Source: Amoebophrya sp. A120
Taxonomy: Eukaryota > Protista > Dinoflagellata
Reading direction: 5' to 3'
DNA length: 64,000 bases
Assembly: GCA_905178155.1 (NCBI GenBank)
Contig: CAJINV010000001.1
Location: forward strand, 9,011,865 to 9,075,864
Shown: one piece after another, positions 47,101 to 57,537 of the stretch
Numbering within the stretch: the first letter of the stretch is position 1
How the letters are laid out: each line of letters begins with the position of its first letter
Made by a program: the position numbers and the translations under genes
Notes under the pieces: model-generated
What the model was told of the DNA's origin: nothing
Databases searched by the model: none
Seen by the model: only the letters and a program-made list of their open reading frames with translations

Positions 47101-48180
47101 CGTCTGCGTTCGCGCGCACCAGCTCGCACAGCAATCGCCGCACGTCCGTGGAGCCGCAGGCGCTTACGGAAAGCCGGCTGCAGAACGTTGTTGCATCGAA
47201 ATAGCTGTGTCGAGACATTGGCGTGGCGACGTCGCCAGTCGGAAGCCCAGTGATCGGCCCTACATTTTTCGATTTTTCTTCAAATGATGGAAATTAACCT
47301 TGATGCACAGCACAAGTCTAACTTCCAAATTCTCCAACTATACACTCATACCTAGCCCGACATCCGCTCTGTCCACTGCAAAGCACGGGCCGGCAGGCAA
47401 ACGCAAAGGCAGCGGAAGCTCGAATTCGATGATTGCAACCAAGTCCGAACGAACCAGCCCGTTGCGCGTGTGTATGTGGAAGGCAGTCCCGCGCTGCAGC
47501 GTTTCTAGGATGCGTATCGTCGAAGGTGTGGGGTGCTGCTGGATAATGATCCACTCCGCCATCGCAAAAGATGTTTTCCCCTCGGGATACGCCAAGGTCG
47601 CATCCACCGCCAACCCGGCCAATTTCCGCACACAGGAGCTGGTGGTCAGAACTTTTGTTTCCGAAAGAACGATCGCCTCGCAAAGAATGCCGCCAGTTAC
47701 ATCTAGTGCGAAGTAGATTCGCATGACCGCCTCAGATAGTCCGCAAAGAGGGTTGGAAAAACCCACTTTCCCCAACGAAACGTCGTCCTTCCGGCGCTCC
47801 AACGCATCGTGTTCCAACCGGAACTCGATGGTCTGGCTCCCCGGGTGGTGCAGCCACCCCTGCAAGCGTGGAAAATCCTGCACGCCCATCGACCCAAGAA
47901 TGCTGGTGGTACTGCTCTTCGCATTCTTCAGCACACTCTGCGCAAGTGTGTCCAGAAGCGACTCGGGGACCGCGCCGACCTCGGACCGCTTCAGGTCGAT
48001 GGTAAAGCGGAACAGACCGGCATTCGACACGACCGAGGTGTGACTGTCACCCAGTAGCCCGTTCAACTGTGCGGCGCGGAGAGAGGCACGGAGGTTCGCG
48101 GACACGGGCAGAACCTGATCCGGCAGGCAAAGCCACCAGAGGAGAAAGACATACGAAAAAAGACGCGACATCTGGCGCAT
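44183..48180 (-). CDS. Type I membrane protein (~1300 aa) with a cytoplasmic C-terminal GYF-like domain
   Basis: Signal peptide MRQMSRLFSYVFLLWWLCLP. GT-AG intron 47260-47351 joins ORFs 47338-48288 and 44183-47218 in frame. Cys-rich ectodomain, TM AVLLVVGLLCFFLILAFAFYCC, and WYYSDKEGLVRGPFSTARMRKWW. Confidence 0.75.
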
Positions 48181-48519
48181 CTTCAGTCTTGTCGACTTCA
48201 CATTTGGATTTGTATCACTTTTCAAAGACTCATATAGAGGAGAGCATTGCCCATGATATTTTCCGGCCCCGAAAGATACCCAACTCAAGAACCAGGAAAG
48301 TCTACGCCCTCAAACTATTCAGGTGGCGTTCTCTCAAGATGCCTGGAAGACCGCAATTTGTTGAACTACAACGCTCTTGCATGGAAGCGATAGCAAGCAG
48401 CGCATTAAAGCACTTCTGGTGCGACCCAACCGGCTTTGAATATTCGAAACTCCTTTTATCTTCGGAAAAAAATTAAGTGGTTTGTGGAAAAAATATCTGA
48501 AACGTTATCAAAACTGCGC

Positions 48520-50417
48520 TCAAGTCGGCCGACTCCCCTTGAGCGGAATGCGCGGCTCGTCACTACTGCTTTCCGAAACCACATCCTTTGCGGCCACGAA
48601 CCCGAGTTCCTTCTTGTCGAAATCGAACGACGTGAAGAAGTTGCGGAGGAAAGGATAGCCCAACACGAAGATCGGCCCGCGGCCCGTGTCGCCGATCGCC
48701 ATCATGGCAATGAAGCAGTCCTTGTCCGTGCGGTCGAGATACTCTTCCGCCGGCAACTCCAGGTTTCTCCCCTGGACGAGGAAACCGAGCGAGGGAAGTT
48801 TCGCCTTCTTGCACTTGTCGTCTATGTTCAGCCGGGCGGAGATCTGCGCCAGCATGTTCGCCGGGGCCATTAGCAGACTGCTTCCCGTATCGACGACGGC
48901 CTGGCACTTGCCCTGATGATATTGAGGTTTTTCAGATGAAGAACAGTTTATAGATCGCATCTTGTGTTTGCTTCTTTTGAACATCGTGGACCACTTGAGA
49001 TAGCAAAAGCACTCTGCAAAAATAATTATGTACTCCCTTGTATTTCTGGCAGAGACCGGTTTTCTCCCCGTTGATGGTGATGTCTTCGACATCGAATTGC
49101 CAGTAGCCGTCCACAGAAATCGGTGCTTTTGTCACCACCGCATTCGGCTTGATTCGGTCCTGCACTGCGGCCCGGCCGAAATTGATCTCCCCGCCGTAGT
49201 TGTGCAGGTAAAAGGAAAAAATTCCGTCTTTTTCCTTCGCGCTTGCGTTCGCTTCTGTCTCCCCAGAGTGGTGCAGCACCTTTTGCAGCACACTGAACTC
49301 GGAATTCTCCGTCAAGTCCTGACCTAAGCCGAGCACTCCGTCCCAGACGGAATCCTTGAATGGATTGTCCGACTCCTCCTGCTAGCAAATGCAAAAATGT
49401 CTGGGTCTGGAAGATTGCAACTTGTCATGCTGTTTTTGGACTCTAAAAAAATTTGTATTGCATGACCTTATTTACCCCTCAACCACTGTACCCCCTTTCC
49501 GACCACTGCCTCAGGGCAGGACCTCGGGGGGATAGGGTCAAGCTCTAACGGGGGTCGGACCCATTGCATGACCAGCAAGAGGGGTATAATTTGTGCTACA
49601 CTGACAGGGCATTTCTCATGCGGAAGGTGCATCAGGAAGCTCTCTAAAAGTCTGCGACGCTAAGTCATGCATTACAGGCATCATGGGCCATGAGAAATAT
49701 GCATGACAAATCTTGCATTCTTCCAGACCCAGACATTTTTACATTTGATACCTGCATGGCGATGAAGTCCGCCATTCCGCACAATTTGACGTCTTTACTA
49801 TTCCCACTGCCTTTCTTCGAGGCCGACTTTGAAGATTCCGATCCGCCGAGACAGACTTCGTCCCGGTAGTAATTGCCCACCACTTCTCCGGCCGCGAAGC
49901 TGATGCTCGTCACGTCCCGGTCCTCGCTGTCGTCCGCGACGGATTTCGTGGGTTCATCCGTCCATCCGATAGCCATGCCCTTCTTCGACCCCTTCAAGTC
50001 GTACACATGCCGGTTTTTCTGCAGACACGCCGCGGATTCGCACTTCGGTCCCGGAATCAGTAGGTGCCCACTGCCGCTGTCGAAAATAACACTGAACTTC
50101 TGGCCCCCGACGGTCAAGTCGCCATAGTACTGCGTTGCGTGCATCGTTCTCGTTTGTTCCTGTAGCAGGGAAAACTCCTCTCTGCTCTGACCACGATTGA
50201 TGTTCCCTGCGGCGAGAAAAGCTTTGTGGCCTCTTGCAGAAGTAGAACCTCGTCGCGCCTCGCCATTGTGCTGGTCTCCGTACTTATTGAAGTCGCGGAC
50301 GGCGAGCGGAAAGTCATGCCTCGCGAAGTCACCGGCACGACGCAACGCAATGCGGGATGCTTCCGCGGTGTCCGCAGTGTGCAGCAGCACGAGAAGCGAC
50401 GTGGAGGCCGCCCTCAT
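48520..50417 (-). CDS. Pepsin-family (A1) aspartic protease
   Basis: QYYGDLTVG, IFDSGSG, WDGVLGLG, GYWQF, AVVDTGSS, FVLGYPFLR. Introner at 49383-49750 and GT-AG intron 48913-49033. Confidence 0.92.
49383..49750. mobile_element. Introner/MITE, family A, direct repeat CCTGC, containing a nested insertion
   Basis: TAGCAAATGCAAAAATGTCTGGGTCTGGAA...TTCCAGACCCAGACATTTTTACATTTGATA. CCTGC at 49378-49382 and 49751-49755. Removal gives FIAMQ/EESDNPF. Confidence 0.92.
49468..49562 (-). mobile_element. 95-bp insertion with an 11-bp target-site duplication (SINE- or truncated-LINE-like)
   Basis: ATTGCATGACC is duplicated at 49457-49467 and 49563-49573; the sister copy at 29191 has it only once. The minus-strand 3' end reads GGGGTAAATAA. 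Confidence 0.7.
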
Positions 50418-50709
50418 TGTGGTGGTTTGGAGCAAGCGAACCAATCACGTCATCTTGATCTTTTAGATTAGTATTTGCAACATCAAGCCGCGTGGAAGAT
50501 TTTTTCGTGTTTGAAAGTCGACGCTCGCCTTTGATGTCAAGGCAAACGCTAAGCTTCGATGCGAACACCGATAAAGAAGCTGGTCACGATACCGCTTTTC
50601 GATTTCTTGGCTTGCCGGTATACCAGTCTGCATCCTCGTATCATTCATTTCCATTGCGCACAGTACTAGTCTTCAAGTTCTAATCTACCACTGAATTATG
50701 TCATATGAA

Positions 50710-53230
50710 TCAAACTTGCAGGATCTTGAGCATTTGATCGTAGCCAGCCGGCATGCTTCTCAAAAGGAGGACTTTGTCGTCCTTCTGGACGAGATTGGCT
50801 TCCTTGGCAAACTTCATGCCTTCCTGCTCGAAGGCGTCGATCATGTTTGTCGTATTTTGCCGCACGTATTCGAGGCTATCCCGGTTCTGGCCGTCGTAAT
50901 AGGACAGGAGCTGCTCGCCCAGCTTCCCGCAATTTTCTATCAGCACAGGTCGCACCCCGCGGACTTGGAGAAATTTCTTCTGTGTCTCCTTGGAATCGGT
51001 GAGCATCAGAACCACCGCGGAGGGCCGGTATTTCGCTAGCAAAGAAGCGGTGAGACCGGATTCCGTGATCGCAAGAATCAGCTTGCAGTTCGCGTCGTTC
51101 GCTATCTGCGTCGCATTGCGAACGATGATCTCCTCGATCAAGGCCTGTAGTGGTTTTTGGAATCACAATCATGATACACGATGTTGATCAGCACCAGCAA
51201 CAGAAAAACGAAACGCTGAACGAAAGTCGGAAAACGCTACATATCAGTCGGTCAAAATCACGAAACAGTTATACGTCCGTGCTGTTGTCCTGACCCCCGA
51301 CGTCCATGCCAGGAAGTGGATCACCGATTTTTTCGTACTGGTCCATGGTGGTCTTCCTTTGCAGTTCCTTCAGCAAGTGCTTGTTCTCGAAGTACACGGC
51401 GTCAGTCGCGCCGTTGTTTTCTTCCAGCTCGTCGCGCTGCAGGCGCGGCTTGATGATACCCTTGAACAGTCGCCGATGTGTCTTCTGGTAGTTGCTCTGC
51501 ACCTGCAGGTGAAATTAATAGTGTTTCGAGATGGAAATCGATGATGCTTAGTCCTACCGAGATCGACAAGATACCGAGTTGGTCATATTATGAGTTAGGT
51601 GAAATTAATATTGCAAAACCAGTACTTACCTCTTGTCTGAGCTTCACGCTAGCGGCGAGTTCCATCTGTCGTTGTGCGTCAAACGCGGTCTTCGACATGG
51701 TGGAGACGGCATCGACGGGGTAGTCCCCTCTTGCGGTCTCGGCCGACAACATCAGGGTATCCGCCCCATCCAGCACTGCGTTCGAGATGTCGGACATATC
51801 GTAAGGAAAAATCACCCCTCCCCATATTAAAAAGGAAGCCACAGAAGCTTTGCAGTGCTGATTTGTGGCCACAAATCGTCTCTGTCTTGCAAGAAGGCAA
51901 CTCCACAGGCTGCGCCGCGTTATGCAGGCTGTTTGTGAACAAGATCCTGTTGTGCCTATAGTGTGGACATTTGTAATGCTAGGCGCCAATGTCAAAACCT
52001 CGCTGCCCCGGGTTGGCATATGCCAGCAGTCCTCTACTGCAAGACAAACCTGAATTGTGTACGCAAATCCAGCATCACAGATTTCCTATTCGATATGGGG
52101 AGGGGGGATTTTTCCTTTTGATATGAGAGTTCAGCAACCGTGGGCTTCTTGCTGGTCTTCATCGACTCCAGCATCTGTGTGGCCACCCACACCGGACACC
52201 CTACGTCGTTGCACTTTTTGATGATGTACCTGAACAGCACATGAAATCGTTTTTTGCATAGGGTTCATCTTCACCCACTACTATGCCCTCGAAATCATGA
52301 GAAGAAAACCTCTATGCAAGCCTTGAAACCGCAAGTAAAGTACTTCTGAACGGAGTGCAGCGCTTCCTCGATGGCCATCCCCAAATCGCCCCTTGCCACC
52401 ATCACGCCGTCGCTGACGTCGATGATGTCATCCAGGTTTTTCAAGCCCTTGACACTTTCGATTTTCGATACAATTTCCAAGCCGGGAAACTTCCTTCGTA
52501 CCAAATCTACCTCCTCGGGCGTTTCCGTGAAGGAAAGCAAAACCCCATCCGCCAGCGGCGCCAACTGCTCCAGATCTTTCGCGTCCTCCTTTTTCAAAAT
52601 CTCCGTCGAGGGCAGGGCTATTTCGTGCGGTAAATGCACATTTTTTGGATCCGGTCCCAGTTTTGCGTCAAACAAAACGTTGCACAAAATTGACTGGTCG
52701 GCGGCGTCAACGGACTCCACAGTCAACTGCACTTCCCCGTCCTGCATGCGTATTGAGTGCCCCGGCTGGAGGAGTTCGTGGATGTTGGGGTACTGCAAGT
52801 GGATCAGCGGCAGATCGTCACTGGAAGAGGCACTGCTGCTCGCCGCCCTATTACTCGTCGAGCTGCTGCTCCCGCCCGACTGGAAGCTGGACCGTAACCG
52901 GACCCGCGCGCCTTCTTCCAAATCTAGAGGGTTGTCGCGACTGGTAGTGCGAATCTCCTTGCCTCTCGTGTCCACAAAGACCCCCACCGGATTCGTGCGC
53001 GAATACGCCGCGGTCACCGACCGGACCGTGCCAATCGCCTTCTTGTGTGCGGCGGCGTTCTCGTGCGACAGATTGAAGCGCGCAAGGTTCATTCCTTCCG
53101 TCACCATCTGCTGGATGGTCTCCGGAGTTTCGCAACTCGGCCCGATCGTGCAGCAAACCTTTACCTTGCGCAAAAACCCCGGCAGAGGGGTCGGCGGGCG
53201 CGCTTTGCGCCAGAAGAACATGGATGACAT
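50710..53230 (-). CDS. PYK: Pyruvate kinase (divergent)
   Basis: [86 protein letters not shown] introns 52230-52343, 51503-51629 and 51145-51274, plus the introner at 51797-52123. Confidence 0.92.
51797..52123. mobile_element. Introner/MITE, family C-like (TIR TATC..AAGGAAAAATC.CCCCTCCCCATAT), degenerate direct repeat GGACA/TGAGA
   Basis: Left end TATCGTAAGGAAAAATCACCCCTCCCCATAT versus right end ATATGGGGAGGGGGGATTTTTCCTTTTGATA. Removal with 5 flanking nt restores [16 protein letters not shown]. Confidence 0.88.
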
Positions 53231-53947
53231 ATTGGCCTTAAAGACAAAACGGTAGCTGCCACAGAATGCGGAAACTGGCCAAGGCAAAAGAAAGAGACAC
53301 AGTTGACCGATGAACCGACCGTCACTGTGTTGGCAATGAGTGTAGGTGTCGCAGATAGCATAGATTGATACAGAAGCAGTGAACAACCGAGCCCGCGTAC
53401 TAGAGAAACTCCGACCGACTGAATGAAAGAAACAAATAGAGCCGTGTTGAGCTACGATGCACGATTTCGAGACATGTCTTTGCATCTTGAACAGAAAAGC
53501 GGCTCAGGGTGGTCACAGGGCAGAAGAGGCCACCTTCGATCCCATTTAAATCATTCTCGTAATCGGTCATATTGTTCTGTACATTTTGCATGCGAAAGTG
53601 TTGAAATGCAATAGCGCTGGCGTAGCGTGAAAATTCTCCTTGTAGTAGGTGATGCGTTTTTGGAGCTATGCTCCTCTACCAAGTTCATTTGAGGATAACG
53701 CGGATAGTGCTGGGGATACTTTACTGCGGGTCAACATTTCTTTAGTTACACAAAGTCGTTGTGCCGGGTTGCCGCCAACTACTTCTCTGCGCTTTTACCA
53801 GCGCAACGTGAGCAGTGGTGATATTGTATGAAAATGGGTGAATAAGTGCCCTTGCTTATACTACACGGGTTAGGTTTGTTACGAAAGCGGGAAAATGCAG
53901 TGCAACGATGACCATATATGAATGCAAATTCCGGTAATTTTTTCTCT

Positions 53948-56799
53948 TCACATAGCCGCCACGGCCTCCTTGATTTGCTCCACGACGGCGGGCTCCGCCA
54001 GTGTGCTGGTGTCGCCAAGGTTACTTGTATCGTTTGCCGCGATCTTGCGCAAAATCCGGCGCATGATCTTGCCCGACCGTGTTTTTGGCAGACCCGGAAT
54101 CAACACGACCCGGTCCGGGGTGGCGAAGGGCCCGATGTAGGAGCGCACGCTGTTTTTCAGGGCCTGGATCATGTCCGCCTGGACGAAATCCACGACGTGC
54201 GCTTTCAGAATCACGTAGGCAAAAATGCCCTCGCCCTTGATCTCGTGGGGAAACCCGACGACCGCGGCCTCCGCGACGTTTTCGTTCTGCACGAGGCTGT
54301 GCTCGATTTCCGCGGACCCGATCCGGTGCCCGGAGACGTTGATCACGTCATCGACCCGGCCGGTAATCCAGTAGTAGCCGTCGTTGTCCCGGATACAGCC
54401 GTCCCCGGTCAGGTAGTACCCCGGATACCCCTTGTAGTACACGTTGAGCATCCGGTCGTGGTCCCCGTATACCGTCCGCAACTGCCCTGGCCACGACCGT
54501 TTCAGGCACAGCACCCCCGAGACATTCGGCCCGAGCTGCTCCTTCCCGGTCTGCGGGTGGAGCACCGCCGGTTCCACGCCGAAGAAGGGCAGCGTCGCCG
54601 ACCCGGGCTTCATGGGCGTGCACCCGGCGAGCGGGGTCAGCATGTGGCCCCCGGTCTCCGTTTGCCAAAAGGTGTCCACGATCGGACACTTCTTGTCGCC
54701 GACACAACCGAAGTACCTGTGAAAAATTTTTGAAAAGGCGACCTTTTGTGAAAAACCGCTCAATAAAGGCCAGTGCCGATTTTTATATCGAGTCTCCGAA
54801 TACATTCAACCTCGCAAACTCTTTGTACCATCTCCACGCCTCCGGGTTGATCGGCTCCCCGACAGTCCCCAAAACCCGAAGACTACTCCTGTCGTGCTTC
54901 TCGACCGGGTCCTTGCCGAACCGCATCAAAGCGCGCAACGCCGTTGGTGCTGTGTAGAATTGCGTGATTTTATGCCTTGCCACCATGTCCCAATAGCGGT
55001 CGGGGCCCGGATACGTGGGCACGGACTCGAACATGAACGTCGTGGCTCCGTTGCACAGAGGTCCGTAAACAATGTAGCTGTGCCCCGTAATCCAGCCGAC
55101 GTCGGCGACGCACGCGTGCAAATCGCCGTCGTGGTAATCGAAAACGTACCGCAGCGTCATTGCGGCGTAGAGCAGATACCCCGCGGTCCCGTGCGCTATG
55201 CCCTTGGGCTTCCCAGTTGATCCACTTGTGTACAGCATGAACAAAAAGTCCTCGCTGTCCATCACCTCTGGGGGACTATCAAATGTAAAAATGTCTGGGT
55301 CTGGAAACTTGTGATGCTGGGTGGCGTCTCATGATGAGGCCACAAATGCTGGCTCAGCATGACAATTTTCTGAGCTTCTGGGTGTTGCCCATTCTGGATG
55401 ACAAACTGCGTCTCTGCATCACAGAAAAGTGGAGCTCTTGGGTAACGTGCATGACAGATTTCGGAGTTATGCCAGACAAGCATGACAAACATGCATTTTT
55501 CCAGACCCAGACACTTTTGCACTTGATAGGGGCAGTAGGGACGCATTTTCGGAAGAAGCTCATCGACCTCCACGTCGCGCCCGGGTTTCATTGCGCACTC
55601 ACCTGTAGTATTAGGGGCGAAATGGACCATAGATACTTTCGACACGTGCCACGAAATTAATATGTTGATGAATGCCACTCTGTAAAAAAGACAGACTGAG
55701 TCCTCGTGCCAGCAAAGAAAGTTGTCTATCTGTAAATACCTATCCTTTTGAAGACGAGAACGCTCGTGACGAAATCACACCCCACGAGCGCCTCGTCGGT
55801 GATTTGCTTCAATTTGATCAACTTTCCCCCCCGGATCCCGTTGTCAGCTGTGATGATGACGGAAGACTGCGCGTCCAGTATCCGCTCGCGCAGCGAGACC
55901 GCACTGAACCCGGCGAAGACAACCGAGTGGATGGCTCCCAGACGAGCGCAAGCGAGCATGCACATCGCTGCTTCGGGAATCATCGGCATGTAGATGGTAA
56001 CGCGGTCGCCTGAAGGGTGTGATTTTTACTAAGGAAGTCGAAGCGAATTTGATATTTTCGATACGTACCTGCTTCGCATCTTCCCACCTTGCGTAACTCT
56101 CACATCACAACAAAAATGCGAAGATATATCACATTATCATGATTATTTTATCAACGCCAATCGCCACTTTATTTACCTTTCCGGACTCCCTGCAACTTGA
56201 GAAGATTTGCAATCTGGCAGACTTTTTGCAGCAGCTCGGCGTACGTAATCTTTCGAATGTTGTCCGGCTCGTCGCCTTCCCAGATAATGGCTATTTTATC
56301 CGGACAGAGCTCGGCCCAGCGATCGACACAACAATCGCACGCGTTCAACTTACCATCGATGAACCAACGAACGTCTCCCTGTTCGGAAAAGAATATAGTT
56401 TTTGAACATACTTGGCGGTACTTTCGTGGCGCTACGGAAGAGATCGCAGCGCGAAGCTGAGGTTGAACTTACAGCTGCGCAGATCAAACAAACTGAAAAT
56501 TAAAATTATGCATGTTCTAATACCGCTTTCATATCCTCGGCCTTCAACTTTCTCCACGGGCTGAGCCACCTCAGGAGTTTGCTGCTCTGGTCGTTCCAGA
56601 ACTCATACGGCGTATCCAGAGACTGCCGGTACATCCGCTGGTAGGTTTCCATGTTGGGAATATTGGCCGCTCGGGAGTAGGGCATTTGGTAAATCTCGTC
56701 CACCGGCAGCCCTTTCTCCTTGACAAGGTCGGCCACCGCATTTTCCGGACCCGTTGTCTTCATTCGGACGTCCGGATTCACGTCCTCTGTGCCGCTCAT
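53948..56799 (-). CDS. ACS: Acetyl-CoA synthetase (AMP-forming)
   Basis: [64 protein letters not shown] introns 56379-56523, 56010-56176, 55603-55739 and 54717-54828, plus the introner at 55277-55528. Confidence 0.95.
55277..55528. mobile_element. Introner/MITE, family A, direct repeat GGGAC/GGGGC
   Basis: Family A TIRs. Flanks at 55272-55276 and 55529-55533. Removal gives [16 protein letters not shown]. Confidence 0.9.
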
Positions 56800-57537
56800 G
56801 GCGTCGGGGGGACGAGGGGGAAAAGAGCAAAGCAACGCACGAGTTTCAAGGTTCTATTCTGCGTTCTTCAAAAGTGTAAGTGAAGTGGTGAAAGCTGCAC
56901 TCTACCTTAGTGCTGATAGATAGATACGGGTCGTTCTATCTTCGAAGGGTGCAAAATAAAGCTTCGCGACAAGAGGTCAAGTGCGGCAGCAACCAAAACC
57001 AACATGAGCTACCGCTACTAATAAAGGAATCGGGAAAAACCCTTGGCTTACCTACGATACGCAGGTAAGGACGAAATTAGGGGGTTGATAAGCATCCACG
57101 ACCTGACATGGGCAAAATCAAATAAAGCTTGGATTGTTTCTGACAAGAATTTCGACCGACCACTTTCAGGATAGTAGCACGATTCATTGAAACGACGAGT
57201 AACAAATTGTGACAGAGGGGAGGAGAAGTCTTGTGTCATCTACGATTTTCCAAAGGAAAGGTGAACACTAATGAATTGAAATTCAGGTGGAGCATGGCTT
57301 CCTTCAGAAAACCGCTAGCCGCGACTAGTGGCGTGGTCGTCACGTCGATATCTTTCATGATTTGGATCTGAGAGTTGATCAACACAAAGGTCGTTATTGC
57401 TTTATGCGCAATATCTTCGTGTCTCCCAATGTCACGGAGAGATTATATATATGCAGCATGTTCACCCTTTCCACTGTGTATTCATCACTATTTTTATGTC
57501 GCTGGGTCGTGAATTAATATAAGTCGGTAAATTTTCA

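Noticed and set aside
49468-49562. Hammerhead ribozyme in the nested insert (CTGA...GAAA on the minus strand)
   Set aside because: The core reads CTGAGGC rather than CTGANGA, and the stems do not fit the topology.
11297-55678. Recurring peptides such as [16 protein letters not shown] and [10 protein letters not shown] in many short ORFs
   Set aside because: These are translations of the family A TIR, not a protein domain.
50710-56799. PK and ACS adjacency as a metabolic gene cluster
   Set aside because: The flanking genes are unrelated and two neighbours can be adjacent by chance; there is no synteny or co-expression evidence.
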